In this document: piece after piece, positions 56,530 to 64,000 of the stretch
Position numbering within the stretch: the first letter of the stretch is position 1
How the letters are laid out: each line of letters starts with the position of its first letter
Assembly (NCBI GenBank): GCA_951406725.2
Contig: OX597828.1
Span: forward strand, 17,670,001-17,734,000
Reading direction: 5' to 3'
Source of the DNA: Octopus vulgaris
Taxonomy: Eukaryota
Length of the DNA: 64,000 nt
The notes under the pieces: model-generated
Told to the model about the DNA's origin: nothing
Databases searched by the model: none
Seen by the model: only the letters and a program-made list of their open reading frames with translations
Translations under genes and position numbers: made by a program

Positions 56530-56875
56530 TATATCTTTTACTTGTTTCAGTCATTAGTCGAATTAATTGACCCCACTACTTGGTTTTTAATGCCTGCTAC
56601 TTAATTTATCGACCTACTTTGCCGAACCGCTAAGTTACGGGTACGTAAAAAACCCGACACCGTTTGTCTAGCTGTGATGAGTGCAAACGTAGACGCGTGC
56701 GGCACAGGCATACATTTATAAGACGAGCTTCTTTCAGTTTCCGCCTACAGAATCCACTGACAAGGCTTTGGTCGGCTCGAGGCTATAGTAAAAAATCTCT
56801 TGCAGAAGGTGCAACAGAATGGGACTGACCCCGGAACCATGTGGTTGGCAAGCAATCGTCTTTCCACATAGCCAA
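55680..56875. mobile_element. Cluster of family A SINE fragments (55680-55830 +, 55945-56150 -, 56535-56875 -) around a pLTR-like segment (56150-56470)
   Basis: Shared family A motifs. The central segment shares gggtcattc..gc.ttc.ttc.tcagtca with 26811-26839. Confidence 0.7.
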
Positions 56876-57554
56876 GCCAATTCCTATGAACATATTCCAA
56901 ATATTGTTTTTTCTGATTCTGTCGCAGATATTTTCGATATAATATTCTTACACATTTTAGGCACATGTTGTCATCAAATGATGCGGAAATATGTTCATTG
57001 TATTCATAGTAACAAAAATGATACACTATAATGTTAATACTATATAATTATCCGAGCATATTAAGTTCAAATACTGTGAATAGACTGGGCTGCTGACTGT
57101 GTAGTAAACCCAGCCCTCCTGGAATCTCGCTGATTTGTCAATCAACACGAGGACTAGGGTAGGGTGAGTCGTGTTAATAAGTGCACTAAGGAAGTACATG
57201 ACAGTGGTGATGAAGAGATGGGAGGAATAAAGGACGCTAGGAAGAGTGATAGAGGGAGAGAGAGAGAGAAAAAAAAAAGAGAAATGGAGAGAGAGTGAGG
57301 GGAGAAGGAGAAGGGAGGGAGAGACGGGATATACACTAAGAAGCTCATCTGACCTCGACAGACTTCCTTTGTTTAATGGCTTATATTAATGGTAAAGGGA
57401 GTTTCGAATCAAATTGTGAACGTGTGCATGTGTGCATGTGTGTGTCTGTGAACATTATACATACATGCACACACACACGCACATACACATACACACATAT
57501 ACAGAAGCATGCACACTCAAACACTCACAAACACAGACGTACACGCATATTTAT

Positions 57555-57711
57555 GCGGCGGCATGGTGAGAAGTTTGCTTCGCAACCACATGGCTCTAGG
57601 TTCAGTCCCACTGTGTGGTACCATGCCTGCGTGTCTTCTACAATAGCCTCGGGCCGACGAAAGCCTTGTCAGTGTGAGATATGATAGCTAGAAATTGAAA
57701 GAAGCACGTCG

Positions 57712-57712
<1 letters not shown>
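57555..57712 (+). mobile_element. tRNA-SINE family A, 5' half
   Basis: caaccacatggctctaggttcagtcccactg...agcctcgggccgac. Confidence 0.75.
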
Positions 57713-57771
<59 letters not shown>

Positions 57772-58480
57772 ACAATTTAATAAATAAAACATATGCATAC
57801 ATACATACATATATGTACATACCTACATCTATATGTATATATATACATGCATATATGGGTACAAGACACCACAAAAACAAACGTAGAGCACAACGAGAAA
57901 CCAAAACATAAAATCAAAACATGGAAACGGACTTATTTTAACAACGAAAAAACAGAGTTCAAGACATACACCACAAGGAACATTCCCCTTCCTCAGCTGC
58001 CCCTACTTCGACTTATTGCGTGTTGTACAATTATATATATATATATATATAATTGTAATTATATACAAATATATATATATATACATGTATGAAAATATAT
58101 ATGTATATATATACAAACATATATATATACATATACATATACATACAAATATATAAGTACATATATGTATATATGTATATATATATATACTTATATACTT
58201 TTTTAATAAATCCGATAACTGAAGTGCTTAAAATGTAAATAAAAATGTATATAATCATCCAACATTCTGACTACATTGTTCTCAATATACATATAGGTAT
58301 ATACTGACATGCATACGCCAATATATATATGGGCGTATGCACACGCGCAGCACAAGCATACTCACACACATACAGTCACATAAAATGGCCAATGGGCAAC
58401 AAAATGGCATTTCTGTGGTCCAGGGGACTATTTGTATGTGTTTCTATGGGTGCTCGTTCGTGTATTTGTGTATGCAAATG

Positions 58481-58512
<32 letters not shown>

Positions 58513-58888
58513 TTTATATACATAAACATATATATATATATATATACATATACATACATGTATATACATATAAAATGCATGTACATATATGTATTTATAT
58601 ATACATATACACACATACACACGCATATATGTATGTGTGTGTAATCATACATAAGGATATATATATGCATGTATTTTATATGTATATATATATGTGTGTA
58701 TGTATGTATGAATATACATATACATATATACATGCATTAATATATATAAGTATGTATATATATATACATGTATGCGTATATTTATATATACATAAATATA
58801 TAAATACATATATACATATACATATATATATGTGTGTGTGTATACATATATATATGTATTTATACGCACAGACATATATACATATATG

Positions 58889-58920
<32 letters not shown>

Positions 58921-58951
58921 CATGCATATACACACATATATATACATATAC

Positions 58952-58989
<38 letters not shown>

Positions 58990-59045
58990 TTATATATGTG
59001 TGTATGTATATATATGTATGTATACACACAGACATATATATATAG

Positions 59046-59116
<71 letters not shown>

Positions 59117-59897
59117 TATACGCATGCATGCATGCACATATAAATTAAATAAAAGAAAACCATTTTTTTCCCCAGAAAATTACGTCTATCAGATCGATAA
59201 ATTACCACGGAAAGAATAGTGAATTCATTCCTTAGAAATCTATATATATAGCTTCAGTAGTGAAAAGATTCTCAACAGCTTTCCCCTTCTGTGTTTCATT
59301 CATTAATTATATTATTCGCCAAATAAAGGATTCGAAACAATACAAGTTTCAATTGATAAACTTAATTGCCTGTTTGTTAAAGGAATAAGGTGTTGATGAA
59401 ATGTTCCTTGGCAAAAAAGGGAAAAAAAAGTCGAAATTGAAATAGGATGTAGAAAATAAGAAATAAATAAAATGGTTTGCAAATATTTTTACCATTCTTT
59501 TTTTTTTATTGTCGATGTCGTCGTCGTTGTTGTTGTTGTTTAATTTTTGCAATGGAAAAATATTTCAGAATATCTTTAGTAAAATATTGATAATTATTGA
59601 TTATGTTATGTTCTACTGAAGTCATATATTGGATATCCAAACGCGTATAAACAAAATCGATTTGACATTAATTTATTCACTTAGCAGTGTAGATTAGATT
59701 TAACGGTCTGCTATGGAATGGTAAATTTTGGGGCATTGACAATATAACACACATTGGAACATCAACTTTCATTACGTCGGTTAAAGTCAATTAAACGAAA
59801 GCAACAAGAATAACAACAACAACAACAACAACAGCAGAAATATTTACAATACCCGAGAAATAACGTTAAAGTTTGCATCAGGAATATTGTACAACTG

Positions 59898-60113
59898 ACT
59901 CTTTTACACTTTTATTTGTTTCAGTCTTTTGACTGCGGCCATGCTGGAGCACCGCCTTTAGTCTAGCAAATCTACCCCCAGGACTTATTCTATCGGTCTC
60001 TTTGCTGAACCGCTAAGTTACAGGGACGTAAACACACAAGCATCGGTTGTTAAGAGATGTTGAGGGGACAAACAGACACACAAACATATACGCACACACA
60101 CACACATAGATAC

Positions 60114-60158
<45 letters not shown>

Positions 60159-60325
60159 TATACGACGAGCTTTTTTCAGTTTCCGTCAACCAAATCTACT
60201 CACAAGGCTTTGGTCGGCCCGAGGCTATAGTAAAAGACACTTGCCCAAGGTGCTACGCAGTGGGATTGAACCCAGAACCATGTGGCTGGTAAACGAGCTA
60301 CTTACCACACACCCACTTCTACGCC
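59898..60325 (-). mobile_element. tRNA-SINE family A, full length
   Basis: Reverse complement of 15225-15620. Confidence 0.9.
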
Positions 60326-61143
60326 TATGACAGTTCAATGTTCGCTTTTACTTCCATTCAAACACAAAACCAAATGATGTACTAAATTCAAATCAATCGA
60401 CTATATGTGTGTGTGTGGGGGGGTATGTGTGTGTGTGGGGGGGGTGTGTGTGTGTGTGTGTGTGTCTCACGCACACAAATACACACACACACCATCATCC
60501 ACCCGCTGAAATGAACCATCATGTTTTGGGATAAAAGGTAAACTAGTAATCCGTTTTACAAATCATAAGATTCAGGTTTATGAAGCGTAAACTTTAAAAA
60601 AAACATTAATTAAATAAAAGATGAATCACTCACTTCATCAGATTGCTCGTTCTTTCTTGTCGTTTACTGTTCCAGTCACTTGACTACTGCCATACTGGGG
60701 CAGCACCTTGAAGGTTTTTGGTCAAACAATTCGACTCCAGGATTTTTTTTAAAGCCTACTTCTTATTCTATCAGGGCCTTTAGCTGAACTGGTAAGTTCC
60801 AGTGACGTAAGAACACCAACACCGGTTATCAAGCGGTGTTGAGACTCCAGAGCTCGACTGACACTCACTTTATCGACCTCGAAAGGATGAAATGCAGAAT
60901 AACCCTCGCTGACATTGGAACTCAAATGCATAGACGGACGAAATTCCTCTAAACATTTTTTCCAATAATAATAACAATAATAATAATAATAACAATAGTT
61001 TTTCAACTATAGGAAGTAAAGGCAGTAATTTTGGTGGAATGTGCCAGTCGATTACATCGACTTTGGCTGTATTTTAAACATAAATATAAACAGCTGGAAG
61101 AATTCCACTTGAGCATTTTGTTCGATGCGTTAAAGATGCTTCA

Positions 61144-61392
61144 AGAAGAAAAAGAAGAAGAAGAAGAAGAAGAAGAAGAAGAAGAAGGAGGAGGAGGAGG
61201 AGGAGGTGAAGAAGAAGAAGGAGGAGGAGGAGGAGAAGAAGGAGGAGGAGGAGGAGGAGGAGGAGGAGGAGGAGGAGGAGGAGGAGGATTAGGAGGAGGA
61301 GGAGGAGGAGGAGGAGGAGGAGGAGAAGAAGAAGAAGAAGAAGAAGAAGAAGAAGAAGAAGAAGAAGAAGAAGAAGAAGAAGAAGAAGAAGA
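61144..61392. repeat. (GAA)n-(GGA)n-(GAA)n polypurine tract
   Basis: Direct observation of ~250 bp of almost pure purine. Confidence 0.95.
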
Positions 61393-62056
61393 GCGTATTC
61401 TACACCGCTCGACAGTTTTAAGTCATCTGTTCAGAAACCCAAGAACAGAATTGTACTGAGTTAGTGCTGGATGTAGCCGAATACTATATCTTCCAGTCGG
61501 CCATGTCATTCAACCGTTATCAAAGATTATACAGCTTATTTTTCTGAAATATATATTGTATTTATTGTTGGTGTTGTTTAGTCCCAATCGAGTGATGGTA
61601 TAATCTTATTCTTATTGTGAAGTCACATAATGAATGTGTGTTTGGAATATCTATGACTGAATTTTGTCGCTAACCATTTGACGGTTTCGAGGAAGCCGTC
61701 ACATTTCGATCTGACCCGAGTGAGAATTTGCGCAGGAGACTACTACGGCAACTGAATGAAAGCTTAAAACAGTGGATGGACGAAAAGAAAAAAAAAAAAA
61801 AGAAAGAAAAAAATCTGTACGCCATCTCTTGAGAGCTGTCCAAAACAGATTACAGTGGCGAGCGTTTGTCAAAGAATTTGCTAGAATCGACAGAACTGTC
61901 ATGCTTGGTAATAATCCAAGCAAATGACGATGCGGAAGACGGGGTATGGTATTGTCTGATAGCTTAAAATAGTAGATGGTTAACCAATCTTTACGCTGCC
62001 TGTTCTGTACTGTTCCAAATCAATCACGGCGACGGACGTGTCTCTTTTGTCTATCT

Positions 62057-62403
62057 CAGGAGTTCTGAACAATTTTTTTACCTATCGATCCCTTTGATTA
62101 CTATTGTATTCAGGTGGACCCCGTTAGCCATTCGACGTTTAAAAACGAAATTTTCAGAAACTTCTTTTGAAATGCATCCTCCCCGCACATTCACTTGTCT
62201 AGTTTGAACTTTGTAAAACGTTAGAGAAATTAAATATGTTTCTTCCAGTACATACCATTACATACAATTAAAGCAAAATTTTTTCATAGACTTTTAAAAT
62301 AATAAAATTGTGGATCCCCAGTTTACTATTTTCTTACGTGGAGTCCACCAAAAATCTTATATGAACCCCTATGGACCATTTGAACCTCGTTTGAGAACAA
62401 TTG
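62057..62403. mobile_element. Non-autonomous hAT-like MITE
   Basis: Imperfect termini caggagttctgaac and gtttgagaacaattg (cf. CAGTGGTTCTCAAC type), with subterminal GGACCCC-like repeats. No TSD visible. Confidence 0.55.
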
Positions 62404-62427
62404 CATCAGCTCACCGACTTTATGATA

Positions 62428-62444
62428 ACAACAACAACAACAAC

Positions 62445-62494
<50 letters not shown>

Positions 62495-62502
62495 TGATGA
62501 TG

Positions 62503-62584
<82 letters not shown>
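62428..62584. repeat. (AAC)n/(AAT)n/(GAT)n compound microsatellite
   Basis: Direct observation. Confidence 0.95.
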
Positions 62585-62585
<1 letters not shown>

Positions 62586-62633
62586 CGAAAAATACCTTAG
62601 GAATGAGAAACAAGGTTCGAAATTTCCCCCAAG

Positions 62634-62677
62634 ACACCTGGTGAAGGCTGGAGGGTATATCAGCCGAAACGTTGTGT
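62634..62677 (+). ncRNA. Type I hammerhead-like motif in an (AAT)n-embedded element (62585-62730)
   Basis: ACAC-CUGGUGA-AGGCUG(GAGGGUAUAU)CAGCC-GAAA-CG-UU-GUGU, with an A6G core change. Confidence 0.7.
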
Positions 62678-62759
62678 TAACAACAAACAAGATGAAGACA
62701 AATATTCGTCAAATGTAAATAATGTAAATGTAATAATACTAATAATAGCAATAATAATA

Positions 62760-63729
62760 ATGCAATGCCAGGCAGTTGCTCTTATAGCTTCTGATCTTAA
62801 TGATTGGAAGTGTAAACATATACGTAGTTTGTCTAGCTGCAAAAGATTGGCTACTGCAAATATTCTGCTCAATACCACAAATTTGCCTGTCCTTTGCTTG
62901 ACCTGAGACATTTGAGCACGTCTATAAGTGGCTGACGATATGTAAATCTCTGATCACGAGCAGGAGATATAGGGATCATCATAATCATGCGCTGAGAGGA
63001 ATTCTTTGAAATCTGGATAATTCACCCTTGGAAACATAGGGGTTTTTTTTAATCCTCCTTAAATAACCCCTATTCAAGGATTTTTGTTCAACGAAGTAAA
63101 TTCCAACTGGGCCCCACTTGCAACGTCATGTGCTGTTTGTTTTGATATTAGTCGCTATGTCACGCAAACACAGCGGTGATGCATGTGTCTGGTGTACGCT
63201 TATCAGACGGGTAATCTTGATGGGTATATTGAGCATCGTATATTTGCGACCCAACGTTACTTTGATGGCGTGAGCGGCTATCTCACTCAACAACGATAAA
63301 ACAACAACAACAACAATAATAATAATAATAATAATAAAAATTATTATTATTTTCATCATCATCATCATCATCGTTATTATTATTATTGAGTGAGAGAGCA
63401 GTTCATGCCATCAAAGTGACACAGGGATAAAATATACGAAGCCCAGTATACCCATCATGAAGTATCCGTCTGATAAGAGTACACTAAGCACATGCATCAC
63501 AACCATATATGTGCGACATGGTGATCTCATTTCAAGATAAACAGCACATGTCCTTGCAGGTGGGGCTCTGTTAGAATTTTCTTTGGTCGAGTAACCCATC
63601 CCGCTCAAAAGGTCCCTGAATAAGGGTTGTTTAAGGATGTTGAACGAAACACCCATGTTTCCAGAGGTTAATTATTCAAACCCCAAAGAATCCCTCTCAA
63701 CACATAGCTATGATGCTCCCCCACTACTT

Positions 63730-63730
<1 letters not shown>
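62760..63730. mobile_element. Two diverged copies of one (AAT)n-associated retroelement family in tail-to-tail orientation (62760-63295 + and 63387-63730 -)
   Basis: cttatcagacggg...gatgggtatattgagcatcgtatattt...actttgatggcgtga...tctcactc is the reverse complement of gagtgagag...tcatgccatcaaagt...aaatatacgaagcccagtatacccatc...ccgtctgataag. Confidence 0.75.
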
Positions 63731-63779
<49 letters not shown>

Positions 63780-63814
63780 TATCATCATCATTATCATCAT
63801 CATTATTATTATTA

Positions 63815-63876
<62 letters not shown>

Positions 63877-63879
<3 letters not shown>

Positions 63880-64000
63880 TAGTTTTATTTTTATAGCGTG
63901 CTTTCACTTCACTACCGAGCGCAGCTCTGTGTGCCTTGGGTATGTGCTGTGATTTGTTGTGATGCTCTGATGGTTATTGTATGGAAAGTGTTCTGCGTAG
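63877..64000 (-). mobile_element. 3' end of an R4/Dong-like non-LTR retrotransposon in (TAA)n
   Basis: The minus strand ends ...LRRTLSIQ*, followed by a short UTR and then (AAT)n. Dong elements are known to target (TAA)n. The element continues beyond the window. Confidence 0.55.

Noticed and set aside
61031-61459. 142-aa Glu/Gly-rich ORF
   Set aside because: Translation of the (GAA)/(GGA) microsatellite with non-coding flanks.
62310-62718. Poly-Asn, poly-Ile and poly-Tyr ORFs
   Set aside because: (AAT)n read-through.

Overview
AT-rich, microsatellite-saturated animal DNA. The SINE repertoire and (TA)n/(CA)n/(ATAC)n/(AAT)n load suggest an octopod cephalopod (inferred, not verified). No host protein-coding gene can be called with confidence, and almost all supplied ORFs are microsatellite or SINE read-through. 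The window is a transposon graveyard: many tRNA-derived SINEs of at least three families, two CR1-type LINE 3' ends, a full-length IR/DR Tc1 element, three mariner remnants, an R4/Dong-like 3' end in (TAA)n, a hAT-like MITE, a 5S rRNA pseudogene and Penelope-like RT and GIY-YIG fragments. The main signal is RNA-structural. A ~99% identical 507-bp tandem array with an inverted copy (26992-29003) carries one type I hammerhead ribozyme per unit, resembling a retrozyme or Penelope pLTR array. At least six other hammerhead sequence families are scattered through the window, mostly inside (TA)n tracts and several in fold-back form.
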